DNA of 64,000 nucleotides from Blastocatellia bacterium (GTDB lineage Bacteria > Acidobacteriota > Blastocatellia > UBA7656). The stretch is from assembly GCA_963765495.1 (NCBI GenBank), contig CAVXWP010000001.1:64001-128000 (forward strand). Reading direction: 5' to 3'. The notes under the pieces are model-generated. The model was not told where the DNA came from. It did no database searches and saw only the letters and a list, made by a program, of their open reading frames with translations. Both the position numbers and the translations under genes were made by a program. Shown piece by piece: positions 45,054 to 55,091 of this stretch (positions are counted from its first letter, which is position 1; every line of letters starts with the position of its first letter).

Positions 45054-46754
45054 CTTCACGAAATCGGTCCACTTGCTCATATCTTTACAGGCGGCTGCAC
45101 GGGGCGCTTTGCCGTCAAGGAGCGCCGCCGCCACGCACGCCCACGCGGGAGCGAGTTCGGAGCTTGCCGAGTTGGTCTCGTGATAATGGTTGGGCACTTT
45201 CTGTGACTTGCAGGGGTCTTCGGCCTGTTTAAGACCACGGGCCGGGTCGGGCGTGGGCGGGTGAAAATCTGAACCGGGCACGATATAGCCGAACTCTTCG
45301 GGGCACAGGCCGAGCACGAATTTGTATTTCTTCGTCATGCGACCGATCACGCCCGGCTCTGCGGGCCGTCCCGTTTTGGCTTCGGGGCAATCGTTGCGCC
45401 CGTGATCCTCCACGCCGTAGAAGACTTCGGGAAACAATTCGCCCGGCGTCGTTATGATCTGCGCATCGCCCATAGTGATTACGTAAACCCACGTGTTGAT
45501 TTCGATGTTATCGGCTTCGGCGGGCGTGGACAAAGTGTCGAGCACTCCCTTTGCAGCCAGGACCGCATAGGCCGCGTTATCCATTGGCGCTCTGAGGTTC
45601 GCCTTCTTCAATTCGATCTTATTTACCGCGCTCCACTCGCCGCGCGCGAGAGCCTCGATGGCCGCCTTGCCAATGTCTCGCCCTATCGCCTCGGTGCGCT
45701 CGCTGGTAAAGACCGGGCGGTTGTGCTTCTCATCGAGCGGATAATCTTTTCCGTCAAACCTGATACGGTCGTGATTCTTGTTGTTTGTGTCGCCTATGAT
45801 TTCAGCCGCGCCGATGTCGCCGCTGACATAGACGGCTATGCCCCCGAATCGCTTCTCTACGGTCTGGCGAACGGCGTGCGGAAAATCGGAAGTTATGATG
45901 GTGTTTTTGTCTTCCATAGATTCGGGGTGCGTGTTCCAGTTGATCAGAGTTGCGATGACCTTTCCTCGGCGTTGCCCCTGGGTGCCGACGAATTGCATCA
46001 CGCGCATCTCTTCATCAAAGAAACGCGGGGGCCGCCCGCCCGTTCGCGTCTGCATGCCGAAGATCGAAGGCGATGCCTGCGGGTCGGTGCGTCCGAGCTT
46101 CATCCGCGCAGGTGCAGTCGAGCGAGCCGCCCGATTTATCGCTTTGGCGATCTGATGGTCGAGAAATCTGAGATACTTCGGATACTTGCCGTCGCTAAAT
46201 GGATTTATTCCCCACGGGCCTATGGTGTCGGGTCCCTGATGGTTGTGAGTGCTTGTGATGAGGATTTCGCCTATGCCAAGCGAGGGATCGACCAGTTTTT
46301 GAATTTCGCCCAGCCCGTAATAATTTGCTTTCGAGTAATATCCGATCACATCAATCGAGACGATGGCGATTTTTGTCGCGCCGTCGTCCAACACTATGGC
46401 TCGCGCCCAGTAATCGTCGTGTTTGCCCGTGGCCGGACGGTTGCTGCCAAATCCCGCCAGGTATATGCCGTCATACTTGTCTTTTGAGCTTGGGTCGAGC
46501 GCCGTGTTACCGGGATCGTCTTCAAACGGCTCGCCCGTGTCCCATCGCCCGTTGTTATTCTTGTCTGTGTATTTCTCTCCCCAGACGCCGGAGGCGGTTA
46601 TCTGGCCGTCCCATTCAGGGTTAGGCCCAAAGGGCGTGACCGCGACTGCCGCGACCCCGACTCTCAACCCGGCCTTTGCGGCAACCGTTTTCGACCGACC
46701 GAAGCCGGTTGACACGAGCGCTATTACGATTGCAATGGTCAAATATCTCGACAT
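45048..46754 (-). CDS. Secreted neutral/alkaline ceramidase-like metallohydrolase
   Basis: [47 protein letters not shown]; signal peptide. Confidence 0.78.
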   Translation of the reverse strand: MSRYLTIAIVIALVSTGFGRSKTVAAKAGLRVGVAAVAVTPFGPNPEWDGQITASGVWGEKYTDKNNNGRWDTGEPFEDDPGNTALDPSSKDKYDGIYLAGFGSNRPATGKHDDYWARAIVLDDGATKIAIVSIDVIGYYSKANYYGLGEIQKLVDPSLGIGEILITSTHNHQGPDTIGPWGINPFSDGKYPKYLRFLDHQIAKAINRAARSTAPARMKLGRTDPQASPSIFGMQTRTGGRPPRFFDEEMRVMQFVGTQGQRRGKVIATLINWNTHPESMEDKNTIITSDFPHAVRQTVEKRFGGIAVYVSGDIGAAEIIGDTNNKNHDRIRFDGKDYPLDEKHNRPVFTSERTEAIGRDIGKAAIEALARGEWSAVNKIELKKANLRAPMDNAAYAVLAAKGVLDTLSTPAEADNIEINTWVYVITMGDAQIITTPGELFPEVFYGVEDHGRNDCPEAKTGRPAEPGVIGRMTKKYKFVLGLCPEEFGYIVPGSDFHPPTPDPARGLKQAEDPCKSQKVPNHYHETNSASSELAPAWACVAAALLDGKAPRAAACKDMSKWTDFVKK

Positions 46755-46882
46755 AACATCCTCCTGACGATAGTTGATTGAATGCTCGGAAAGGCGCGCT
46801 AATAATAGCGTTTGTTTGCTTGCGGCTCAAGCGCAGCTATCTGTTCAGGTGGCAATTTGAACTTTTATGCCGGAGAAGATGC

Positions 46883-46911
46883 TTGACAGCCGATGCGATA
46901 ATGCGCATAAT
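46883..46911 (+). promoter_or_regulatory. Sigma70 promoter of the leader-pheA-aroF operon
   Basis: TTGACA-17 nt-CATAAT. Confidence 0.82.
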
Positions 46912-46938
46912 GCGCGGTAAGTTTTGTTGCTAAAGCTT

Positions 46939-47061
46939 ATGATTTACGATCAGCCACACACACCGTCCACATCCGACCGGGCCAGAGGCTTTGTCTCTAA
47001 CTGGTTTAGCTTCTATTTTTACTTTAGCACCGCAAATGGAGCGGGGGGCGCGATGGTGTAG
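46939..47061 (+). CDS. Aromatic-amino-acid attenuator leader peptide (40 aa)
   Basis: MIYDQPHTPSTSDRARGFVSNWFSFYFYFSTANGAGGAMV*; 8 aromatic codons within 12, between promoter and terminator. Confidence 0.8.
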   Translation: MIYDQPHTPSTSDRARGFVSNWFSFYFYFSTANGAGGAMV

Positions 47062-47087
47062 ACTGAAACCGAATCGCAAGAGTTTTC

Positions 47088-47131
47088 GAGGCCCGCTCCT
47101 TCCAGTGAAGGTAGCGGGCCTCAAAGTTTTT
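47088..47131 (+). terminator. Attenuator terminator hairpin upstream of pheA
   Basis: gaggcccgct...agcgggcctc followed by aaagttttt; the 5' arm can alternatively pair with GGAGCGGG at 47038-47045. Confidence 0.82.
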
Positions 47132-47143
47132 GGAGACTAATTG

Positions 47144-48055
47144 ATGACCAATAGTATTGCGGGTGAAAGACTGAAGGTGGCTTATCAGGGCGAGCGCGGG
47201 GCCTTCAGCGAAGCGGCTGCGCAAAAGCTCGTTGGCCCTGATTTTGAGGGGATGCCTTACCGGACGTTTGAAGAGATGTTTGAGGCGGTCGCTGACGCGG
47301 AAGCCTCGTGCGCCGTGGCCCCGATTGAAAACAGCCTGGCCGGATCGGTCTATAAGAATTATGACCTGCTGGTCGAGCACGATCTGACGATCATCGGCGA
47401 AGCTAAACTCAGAATCATTCACAACCTTATTGCCCTGTCAGGCGTCAGCCTTTCAGATGTGCGACGCGTCTATTCACACCCGGTCGCGCTCGCTCAATGC
47501 GAACGCTTTCTGCGCGCCAATCCACAATTCGAAGTCGAGGCCGCTTACGATACCGCAGGCAGCGTCCGCGCGATTGTCGAAGGCGGCAGCCGTGACGAAG
47601 CCGCCATAGCGGGCGCGCAGGCGGCCCTGGTCTATGACGCGCAGATTCTTGTCGAAGGTATCGAAGACAACCTTGAAAACTTCACTCGATTTTTATTGCT
47701 TGTGCGACCCGATTACGCAGGCTCGATCAAGACCTCGGCCCGCCCTGGCACGCGAAAAACGACTATAGTCTTTCGCGTAGCCAATCATCCCGGCGCGCTC
47801 TTTCGCTCGCTCGCCGCTTTCGCGCTCCGCGATATAGACCTGTCGAAAATAGAGTCGAGGCCCATCGAAGGACGTCCGTGGGAATATTCGTTTTATCTCG
47901 ATTTGACCGGCGATCTGGCCGAACCAAAAATTGCGCGAGCGCTCGCGCACCTGGCCGAGATGGCCGAAAGCATTAGAGTGCTTGGCAGCTATCCGAGCGC
48001 CGAGTCATTTGAGCAGTCAAATTCAAATGCCGAAGGGACAAAGGAGAAGGAGTAA
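47144..48055 (+). CDS. pheA: Prephenate dehydratase
   Basis: [42 protein letters not shown] domain. Confidence 0.96.
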   Translation: MTNSIAGERLKVAYQGERGAFSEAAAQKLVGPDFEGMPYRTFEEMFEAVADAEASCAVAPIENSLAGSVYKNYDLLVEHDLTIIGEAKLRIIHNLIALSGVSLSDVRRVYSHPVALAQCERFLRANPQFEVEAAYDTAGSVRAIVEGGSRDEAAIAGAQAALVYDAQILVEGIEDNLENFTRFLLLVRPDYAGSIKTSARPGTRKTTIVFRVANHPGALFRSLAAFALRDIDLSKIESRPIEGRPWEYSFYLDLTGDLAEPKIARALAHLAEMAESIRVLGSYPSAESFEQSNSNAEGTKEKE

Positions 48056-49083
48056 TGATAATAGCCATGAAACCAGATGCAACCGAACAACAGATCGAAG
48101 ACGTTTGCGCAAGCATTCGTCGTTACGGGTACACGCCGCACCTTATCCGCGGGGAAGAGCGTGTGGTGATCGGAGCCATAGGCCGGGGCGACAATAAAGA
48201 CCACTTGCAAAACCTCCGCTCTGTGCCGGGCGTGGCCGACGTAGTGCCGATACTTCAGCCTTATAAACTGGTCAGCCGCGAGCTTAAACCTCAAAAAACA
48301 ACCATTCACGTCGGCGACCTGGAAATCGGCGGAGCTGAGTTCGTGGTGATGGCCGGCCCCTGCTCGGTCGAAACGCGCGAGCAGTTGATGGAGACCGCAG
48401 AGGCCGTCAAACGCGCGGGCGCGCAGGTGCTTCGCGGAGGCGCTTACAAACCGCGAACCTCGCCCTATGATTTTCAGGGTCTTGAAGTGGAAGGCTTGAA
48501 ACTGCTGGCCGAAGCTCGCAAACATACCGGCCTCAAGGTTATAACAGAGACCGTGACAGCCGAAGATGTAGAAGTGGTGGCCGAATACGCCGACATACTT
48601 CAGGTGGGCGCGCGCAATATGCAGAACTTTGCCCTGCTCAAGAAACTCGGTCGCGCGGGCCGTCCCGTCCTGCTCAAACGCGGGATGAGTTCGACCATAA
48701 AGGAACTTCTGCTCTCGGCCGAATACATCGCCTCGCACGGAAACGATCAGGTCATACTTTGCGAGCGCGGCATCCGCACTTTCGAAACTGCTACGCGCAA
48801 CACTCTGGACCTTGCCGCCGTTCCCGTCCTCAACGAGTTGAGCCACCTCCCCGTGATCGTAGACCCTTCACACGGCACGGGCAGGCGCAGCCTGATCAAA
48901 CCTCTATCGAAAGCAGCCATGGCGATAGGCGCTGACGGGTTGATCATAGAGGTTCATCCGCGCCCGCAGGAGGCCTGGTCTGACGGGCCTCAATCGCTGT
49001 TGCCGGATGATTTCGCCGAGATTATGGAAGACCTGCGCCGTTATGCCCCGCTCGAATCGCGCTATCTCAATAAAGCGCATTAG
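48055..49083 (+). CDS. aroF: DAHP synthase (type I-beta with N-terminal regulatory domain)
   Basis: [39 protein letters not shown]. Confidence 0.96.
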   Translation: MIIAMKPDATEQQIEDVCASIRRYGYTPHLIRGEERVVIGAIGRGDNKDHLQNLRSVPGVADVVPILQPYKLVSRELKPQKTTIHVGDLEIGGAEFVVMAGPCSVETREQLMETAEAVKRAGAQVLRGGAYKPRTSPYDFQGLEVEGLKLLAEARKHTGLKVITETVTAEDVEVVAEYADILQVGARNMQNFALLKKLGRAGRPVLLKRGMSSTIKELLLSAEYIASHGNDQVILCERGIRTFETATRNTLDLAAVPVLNELSHLPVIVDPSHGTGRRSLIKPLSKAAMAIGADGLIIEVHPRPQEAWSDGPQSLLPDDFAEIMEDLRRYAPLESRYLNKAH

Positions 49084-49092
49084 CCCGTAGCC

Positions 49093-49164
49093 CTTTGACA
49101 GGATTAACAGGATTTATGAGGATCGGGCCGGGTTCTCGTTTTATCTTTGTTAATCCTGTCAAAG
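49093..49164. repeat. Family B nonamer-armed hairpin between convergent genes
   Basis: ctttgacaggattaacaggattt ... tgttaatcctgtcaaag. Confidence 0.85.
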
Positions 49165-49178
49165 CGTGAAGCGACCCG

Positions 49179-49964
49179 TCATCGGCCTCCGGTTTTGCGC
49201 GCGATCTCATCCCCGGTCTTTTCCATGCGATACCAGGCATATCTCGCGCCGGTATAGTAAAGAAATCCCCTCTCTCCTCCAAGTCTCTCTGTAATGACAT
49301 CTCCCCTCAGACCCGGCTGCTTCTCCTGACCTCGAACCTCTGCAAGCGTCTCCTTGAAAGATAAGGGCTTTATATCAACGCCGACGCCGTTTTTGAGCAG
49401 GTAGGTATTGTTCGCCTCCGGGTCTCTCCAGCCGACAGGTCCGTTTCCGTGAATGATAACCAGCAACTCATCGCCCTGACTGACGTGAACCGGTTCCGGG
49501 TTTGGCGCGGGAGACTGCACGGCCCTTGTGGGATCGGGCACGTGGACCTTTTTCGGATCTTCGAGTTGCCATCGGGCGAGCTCGTCTTGTATTTGCGGCA
49601 ATCGTCCGGGGACGGGTCTTACGACTACGACAAGATCCTGTGAATCGTCTCCGTCGAAATCACCTACGATGCAACGATGCACATCGGGAGTAACGTTATT
49701 GTCGTACACGCGCGCGACCACGACTTTAATTTCATCCGGCAGAGGCGGAGGGAGCACAGGCTTTTGCGCGGCCTCTGGAGGCGCGGCTTCTACTTGAGCG
49801 GGCGCTACGACAGACGGGGTTGCCGCTTCGGCCTGCGGCGCTTCTACAGGTGTCGTTTGCTCTTTCTTTACACATCCGCAAAGCGACGCGGACACGGCTA
49901 TGACGAGGAACCACAGACCGAGCGCGTTACCCTTCAGCCACGATGATTTTGCTGCTCCTCTCAT
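49179..49964 (-). CDS. Hypothetical lipoprotein with FG-GAP-like GDFDGD motif
   Basis: LCGC lipobox, Pro/Ala linker, VGDFDGDDSQDLVV; start could be GTG 49985. Confidence 0.7.
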   Translation of the reverse strand: MRGAAKSSWLKGNALGLWFLVIAVSASLCGCVKKEQTTPVEAPQAEAATPSVVAPAQVEAAPPEAAQKPVLPPPLPDEIKVVVARVYDNNVTPDVHRCIVGDFDGDDSQDLVVVVRPVPGRLPQIQDELARWQLEDPKKVHVPDPTRAVQSPAPNPEPVHVSQGDELLVIIHGNGPVGWRDPEANNTYLLKNGVGVDIKPLSFKETLAEVRGQEKQPGLRGDVITERLGGERGFLYYTGARYAWYRMEKTGDEIARKTGGR

Positions 49965-50088
49965 TGAGACACTTTCTCCTTTCACTTTGATTTGAACACC
50001 GCGTAGTGGCGGAGGCCGATCAGGCGAGGGATGACCTGACCGGCTTCCGTCTTGTTGAGTTTTTGCATCTACTCTGCGACCTCGGTCG

Positions 50089-51519
50089 TCAGAGCGATTT
50101 TAGGAATGTCAGCACATTGTTCTTGTCGGCAGTCGAGAGATTAAAGAAGGCTGTGTTTGCAGCCTGAGCCTGATTGCGGTGTCGCCTTATCGCGTCTGTG
50201 AAGGTCAGCGACTCGCCATCGTGCATCAGCCGGTTACGGGTGCGAACTCCCCATAGCGGGGCTGTGCGCATGATGTTGGCTGTCGTTTGATCAAGAACAC
50301 CATTGGGGTCGGTAAGTTGCACTATCCCATCGCCGGTCCCTATGTCGTGCAGAAGAAAATCTCCATACGGGTGGAAGGTTTTGCAACCAAGTCCCTGCGG
50401 TACGGTAAAAGTGCCTCCGTTGATTACCGTGCCGACGGGCGAGGTGACAATACTGGGAACGTGGCAGACGGCGCATCCTATGGCCTTGAATAGATCTTCT
50501 CCATCGGAGGCCGCCTTGGTATTCGCCAGAAACTTGTTGCGCGGCGGAGCCTTTGTGGCTCTCATAAAGCGGGCGAACACGTCTATATCGTTGTCTTGAT
50601 CTTCGACAAATCCGCCTATTTCGGGCAATTCGTCGCATACATTTGTAAAGTCAGCAGATAAGAGGCGATTGGTTATGCCCATCTCGTTGAGGTAGGCATC
50701 GCCAGAGAAGGAAAGCAGGCTGGCCTGTTGATCCTTCCATCCGAAGCGGCCTACACGGAAGGTCGGGTCATTGACTTCAAGTACCTGCACAAGGACCAGT
50801 CTTCCTCTCTGCGCTGCGGGCTGGTTGTTTGCGATGTCCAGCAATGTGTTGCTGTTGACCGCCTCGACCAGCCCGTCTCCAAGTACGTTCAGGGACGTTC
50901 GGAACGAATGGACTATCTGCTCCTCGGGAATCATGTTGGCATTTGTGTCGGTTATCATATCCACCCGTTCCTGTATATTCGCATCCGGGTGGTTGAATTG
51001 CTGGCCGTTTACGAGCGTGTATTTCAATGGGCCTGCCGGACAAATCGCGCGATCATTGATGAGCGATCTGTCGCAAATTAATTGCTTGTTCCCATTGTCG
51101 TCGGTGATCAACACGCAGGGGTTGGAAAATTGGCCATGACTTGAGATGCCGGCCCTCAATTCATTGACCTGACTGATTGCGCCCGACACCGTGTTTTGAT
51201 GGCACTCTCGGCACGACTGCGCGTTGTAGGTTGGCCCGAGCCCATCCTCTATCGTTTCAAATTCATCGAAGGTTCCGTTATCGGCGTGATGCGTATCATC
51301 ATCAACAAAAAACTGATTGATTGACCTATCATCAAAAGCCGCGACGGCTTCTCCCCCGATACAAGGTGCAAAAGGTGAAGGATTAGGGTCACTATCCACA
51401 GAATCTGGCAGCTTCCCTGGGAATTGGGATGATTGACCTCTGACGATGCTCACCTTTATCATTGGGAGAGTGAACAACGCCGCGAAGAGCAAGAATACAC
51501 CTATCTTTACCAGTTTCAT
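50089..51519 (-). CDS. Di-haem oxidoreductase (DHOR) family c-type cytochrome
   Basis: GLGPTYNAQSCRECH, GRFGWK, AYLNEMGIT, GCAVCH, RTAPLWG, MHDG; signal peptide. Confidence 0.9.
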   Translation of the reverse strand: MKLVKIGVFLLFAALFTLPMIKVSIVRGQSSQFPGKLPDSVDSDPNPSPFAPCIGGEAVAAFDDRSINQFFVDDDTHHADNGTFDEFETIEDGLGPTYNAQSCRECHQNTVSGAISQVNELRAGISSHGQFSNPCVLITDDNGNKQLICDRSLINDRAICPAGPLKYTLVNGQQFNHPDANIQERVDMITDTNANMIPEEQIVHSFRTSLNVLGDGLVEAVNSNTLLDIANNQPAAQRGRLVLVQVLEVNDPTFRVGRFGWKDQQASLLSFSGDAYLNEMGITNRLLSADFTNVCDELPEIGGFVEDQDNDIDVFARFMRATKAPPRNKFLANTKAASDGEDLFKAIGCAVCHVPSIVTSPVGTVINGGTFTVPQGLGCKTFHPYGDFLLHDIGTGDGIVQLTDPNGVLDQTTANIMRTAPLWGVRTRNRLMHDGESLTFTDAIRRHRNQAQAANTAFFNLSTADKNNVLTFLKSL

Positions 51520-52010
51520 TCTCGTCTCCTTAATTGTCCCGGCGCACACCTCAACCAGGACAGGGGCGGATTACCTGCCCGCTGGTTAGCCTGTTACTCG
51601 TATTGAAGTCCCGATCCCTGAGTGTGTTCGATTGTCTTCGTTAGACACCTGTGCACGCAATCATACCCACGTAGCCAGTACAATCGCGTATAATGTTTGT
51701 GCCTATAAGAAAGATGCCCGAATGACTGCAATCAACATTCCAAAATTGCGCTGGTAAGCTATCTCATAATACTCTGAGTGATTTAAGTAGCATTGGTTTT
51801 ATTAGCGGCAATTGATTTATGAGGCGGGATTGTGAGGAAAAACGCAAAAATGCCACAGGCCGCAAAAAAACAACCTGTAAGGATTCTTACTCAGAGGTCG
51901 TTTCAAACGAGATAGAGCAGTCTATCTGCATGGTCAAAAAAAGACAGGCATGCGCCGTGCCGCCAGACAGTCAAATCATTATCTTGTCGGTTGAATGTTT
52001 TCCTGACGAC

Positions 52011-52409
52011 TCAACCCATGTGTGTTGAGTGTACGGGTTTGATTTTATAAAGCACCCGCACCTCGCCCGGCTGACGATTAGGATATCTGTCGAGGCCTAT
52101 ATATTTTTTTGCCATCTTGTCTATATGTTCTTCCGCGCCTTCTTCGGTGATCTCATCGACCTGACCGCGCACTTCGAGATAGCGATAAGGATTGTCCGGG
52201 TCCTGTATCGAAAGCGACACAGAAGGATTGCGCTCCATGTTCTTATCCTTTTGCCGTCCGCGAGCGGAATTCACAAGCACGTGTGTACCGTCATAATCTA
52301 TCCAGACGGGTGTTACCTGGGGGTTGCCGTCGGGCATCACTGTGGCAAGATGCGCGAATGCTTTCTTATCAAACAGGTCCTTGTATTTTTCAGGAATAAC
52401 GTCTGCCAT
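52011..52409 (-). CDS. PPOX-class putative F420-dependent oxidoreductase
   Basis: AHLAT..PDG.PQVTPVW, R.K.KN..RNP.VS, NPYRYLEVRG. Confidence 0.88.
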   Translation of the reverse strand: MADVIPEKYKDLFDKKAFAHLATVMPDGNPQVTPVWIDYDGTHVLVNSARGRQKDKNMERNPSVSLSIQDPDNPYRYLEVRGQVDEITEEGAEEHIDKMAKKYIGLDRYPNRQPGEVRVLYKIKPVHSTHMG

Positions 52410-52581
52410 AACTGCCTCCTTTAAATTTTATGCTTCAATTATAGCAATCAACTCGATGCCTCCAAAACGGACGGGAACTTCCCCGTAGATTGTGGGGTCT
52501 AAACTCTCAGCGCCGGCCAGTCGATCTCAGCAAAACCCGCGCAGGCATTTCAGAGTCTCAGGGCTGTCCGGCCCAGAAGAA

Positions 52582-52923
52582 TCAGAGCGGATTGTCAGTA
52601 GTGATTTCAACCGGCAATCCTTCGCCCCAGCCATACTTGTCGCGAGCAAGCTGCTGAGTCGCTTCCCACGCGCTCGTATCGCTTTTGTGGTCCAGCACGC
52701 GAGCCGTCGCCTCATACTCGCGGTCGCCTACGCGCACACGCACGCCGGGGTTGCGCTCAATATTTTTCACCCATTGCGCGTTGTGAAAATGCTCGGCGAA
52801 GATATAGAGCTTGCCCTCGCGTTTGACAAACCATATCTCGATCTCGCGCGGCAGATTTGAAACGCGCCCCTGTGTGGTCAGGTACAGAAATTGAAGCTTT
52901 GATAAATCCTGATCGGCGGGCAT
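52582..52923 (-). CDS. Deazaflavin-dependent nitroreductase (Ddn)-like split-barrel protein
   Basis: YLTTQGRVSNLPREIEIWF, WVKNIERNPGVRVRVG. Confidence 0.82.
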   Translation of the reverse strand: MPADQDLSKLQFLYLTTQGRVSNLPREIEIWFVKREGKLYIFAEHFHNAQWVKNIERNPGVRVRVGDREYEATARVLDHKSDTSAWEATQQLARDKYGWGEGLPVEITTDNPL

Positions 52924-53069
52924 AAACGCTCCTCTCGCATGAAAGATTTCCGCAATTGCGCGCAATCACCAGTACCGATTAAGCCACATATTTCGGCCGC
53001 CGGACAAGTTGCGGTTCGCTTGACTCGGATCATAGCTCGCTCGTAACCTGAAAGCAGAGGTTTGAAAAG

Positions 53070-53813
53070 ATGGTTGAAGAGATAAGACTGGATGCGCTTG
53101 CGATTGGCGCGCACCCGGATGACGCGGAGTTTTCCTGTGGTGGAACTCTTTTGAAACTGATCTCTCTGGGCTATCGCGTAGGCATACTCGACATGGCGCG
53201 TGGAGAGATGGGCACTCGCGGCAATGCCGAGACACGAGCGCGCGAGGCCGAAGAGGCTGCAACGGTTCTGGGGCTTGTGGTGCGCGACAACCTCGAAGCG
53301 CCCGATGCTCACATCTGGCTGACCGAAGACACCCGCACGCGAATGGTGCGCAAGATTCGCAAGTATCGCCCGCGCATTATCTTCACACATTATTGGGAAG
53401 ACCCTCACCCCGACCACGCGCACACCTGCCAGATAGTGCGCGAAGCCTCGCATGTGGCGGGGTTGGCAAAATACGACGCCGAATCAGGGCAGGAACGGTT
53501 CCGCCCACAGGCCATCGCGCATTTCCTGTTCCCGCGCACTGTCGTGCCTACCTTCGTGGTGGACATCAGCGACTTTGCCCCAAAGAAGCAGGCCGCCGCC
53601 GAGTGTTATCGCTCTCAGCTTTACGACCCGGCTAGCGCCGAGCTTGAAACCGTTATAAGCGACAAAGGGTTCCTCCGCAGGCTGGAATCCCGCCAGAGGT
53701 TTTACGGTGACCTGATTTCCGTAGAACACGCCGAAGCCTTTGTCGTGCGCGAAGCTCTCAATGTTCACGACCCCGTAGAATTGTTGTCGCGAAGAATGAA
53801 TATTTATAGCTAG
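53070..53813 (+). CDS. bshB1: Bacillithiol biosynthesis deacetylase BshB1
   Basis: GAHPDDAE, GEMGTRG, HPDH, adjacent to bshA. Confidence 0.9.
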   Translation: MVEEIRLDALAIGAHPDDAEFSCGGTLLKLISLGYRVGILDMARGEMGTRGNAETRAREAEEAATVLGLVVRDNLEAPDAHIWLTEDTRTRMVRKIRKYRPRIIFTHYWEDPHPDHAHTCQIVREASHVAGLAKYDAESGQERFRPQAIAHFLFPRTVVPTFVVDISDFAPKKQAAAECYRSQLYDPASAELETVISDKGFLRRLESRQRFYGDLISVEHAEAFVVREALNVHDPVELLSRRMNIYS

Positions 53814-53922
53814 GGGCCAGGGGCCGGGGGCCGGTTATAGATGGAAGATCACAGTATTAGCAAATTGCCGGGGCATCGGCGTAATGACTCGACACCGGCC
53901 CCCGGCGAAGCCCTGGCTCCTA
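53811..53922. repeat. Family F hairpin spanning exactly from the bshB1 stop to the bshA start
   Basis: taggggccaggg+gccgggggccggt pairs with accggcccccggc(gaag)ccctggctccta. Confidence 0.85.
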
Positions 53923-55058
53923 TGAAAATCGGCATCACCTGTTATCCAACCTACGGCGGGAGCGGCATCGTCGGCGCAGAGCTTGGGCTTGAGCTTGCAA
54001 AGCGGGGACACTCGATCCATTTCATCAGTTATGCGCCACCGATGAGGCTCGGTGACGGCGGCACCACCCGTGACCGGGTTCACTTCCACGCGGTAGACAT
54101 GCTCAGCTATCCGTTGTTTGAGTATCCGCCTTACACCGACGCCCTGGCATCAAAGCTGTTTGAAGTGGCCCGCGATGAATCGCTCGATCTGGTTCACATG
54201 CATTATGCGATACCGCACGCCGTGAGCGCCCATCTGGCGCGCGAAATGCTTCGCCCCTCGCGTTACCTGCCGGTTGTGACCACCCTCCACGGCACGGATA
54301 TAACTCTTGTTGGCCGTGATCCGTCTTTTCTGCCTATCACGCGGTTTGGCATAGAGCAATCGGATGCGGTGACATCGATATCGAATTACCTGCGCAAGGC
54401 TACCCTTGATACCTTCGGCATCAACTGCCCGATAAGAGTGATCTATAATTTCATAGACGCGAATTATTATCGCCGCACGCCGCACGAAGAGTTGAGAAGA
54501 CGTATCGCTCCCGACGGCGAAAAGATCCTATTGCATATCTCTACATTTCGCCCGGTCAAGCGAATCACCGATTGCATAAAAGTCCTCGCGCTCATTCGCA
54601 AAAGCGGGCTGGGCGCAAAACTTGTGATGTGCGGAGACGGGCCTGAGCGTCAGGGGGCCGAGCGGCTGGCCGCGCGTCTCGGAGTCGCCGACTGCATCAA
54701 GTTCGTGGGCAAACAGCCTCAGTCTCAGATAAGAGATTATCTATCGCTTGCCGATCTGTTGCTGCTGCCTTCTCTTACCGAGTCGTTCGGGTTGGTTGCG
54801 CTTGAAGCGATGGCGTGCGAAGTCCCGGTCATTGCCACTCGCGTTGGCGGCATACCCGAAGTCGTTGTGGAAGGCGAGACCGGATATATGTTTGATGTAG
54901 GCGATGTGCGGACGATGGCGGAGGCGGCGCTCTCGATTCTGACCGATGACCGCAGGCGCGAAGAGATGGGAAAGAAGGGAAGGGTGTCGGCCGTTACGCG
55001 TTTCTCTACCGAAAGCATTATCCCGCAATATGAAGACCTCTATCGCTCAATAATCTGA
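53922..55058 (+). CDS. bshA: N-acetyl-alpha-D-glucosaminyl L-malate synthase BshA
   Basis: [47 protein letters not shown]. Confidence 0.95.
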   Translation: MKIGITCYPTYGGSGIVGAELGLELAKRGHSIHFISYAPPMRLGDGGTTRDRVHFHAVDMLSYPLFEYPPYTDALASKLFEVARDESLDLVHMHYAIPHAVSAHLAREMLRPSRYLPVVTTLHGTDITLVGRDPSFLPITRFGIEQSDAVTSISNYLRKATLDTFGINCPIRVIYNFIDANYYRRTPHEELRRRIAPDGEKILLHISTFRPVKRITDCIKVLALIRKSGLGAKLVMCGDGPERQGAERLAARLGVADCIKFVGKQPQSQIRDYLSLADLLLLPSLTESFGLVALEAMACEVPVIATRVGGIPEVVVEGETGYMFDVGDVRTMAEAALSILTDDRRREEMGKKGRVSAVTRFSTESIIPQYEDLYRSII

Positions 55059-55091
55059 TTTGGGATTTCGAACCTCATACCTCAAAACCTG

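Noticed and set aside
45402-46487. 361-aa plus-strand ORF
   Set aside because: Antisense shadow of the ceramidase-like gene.
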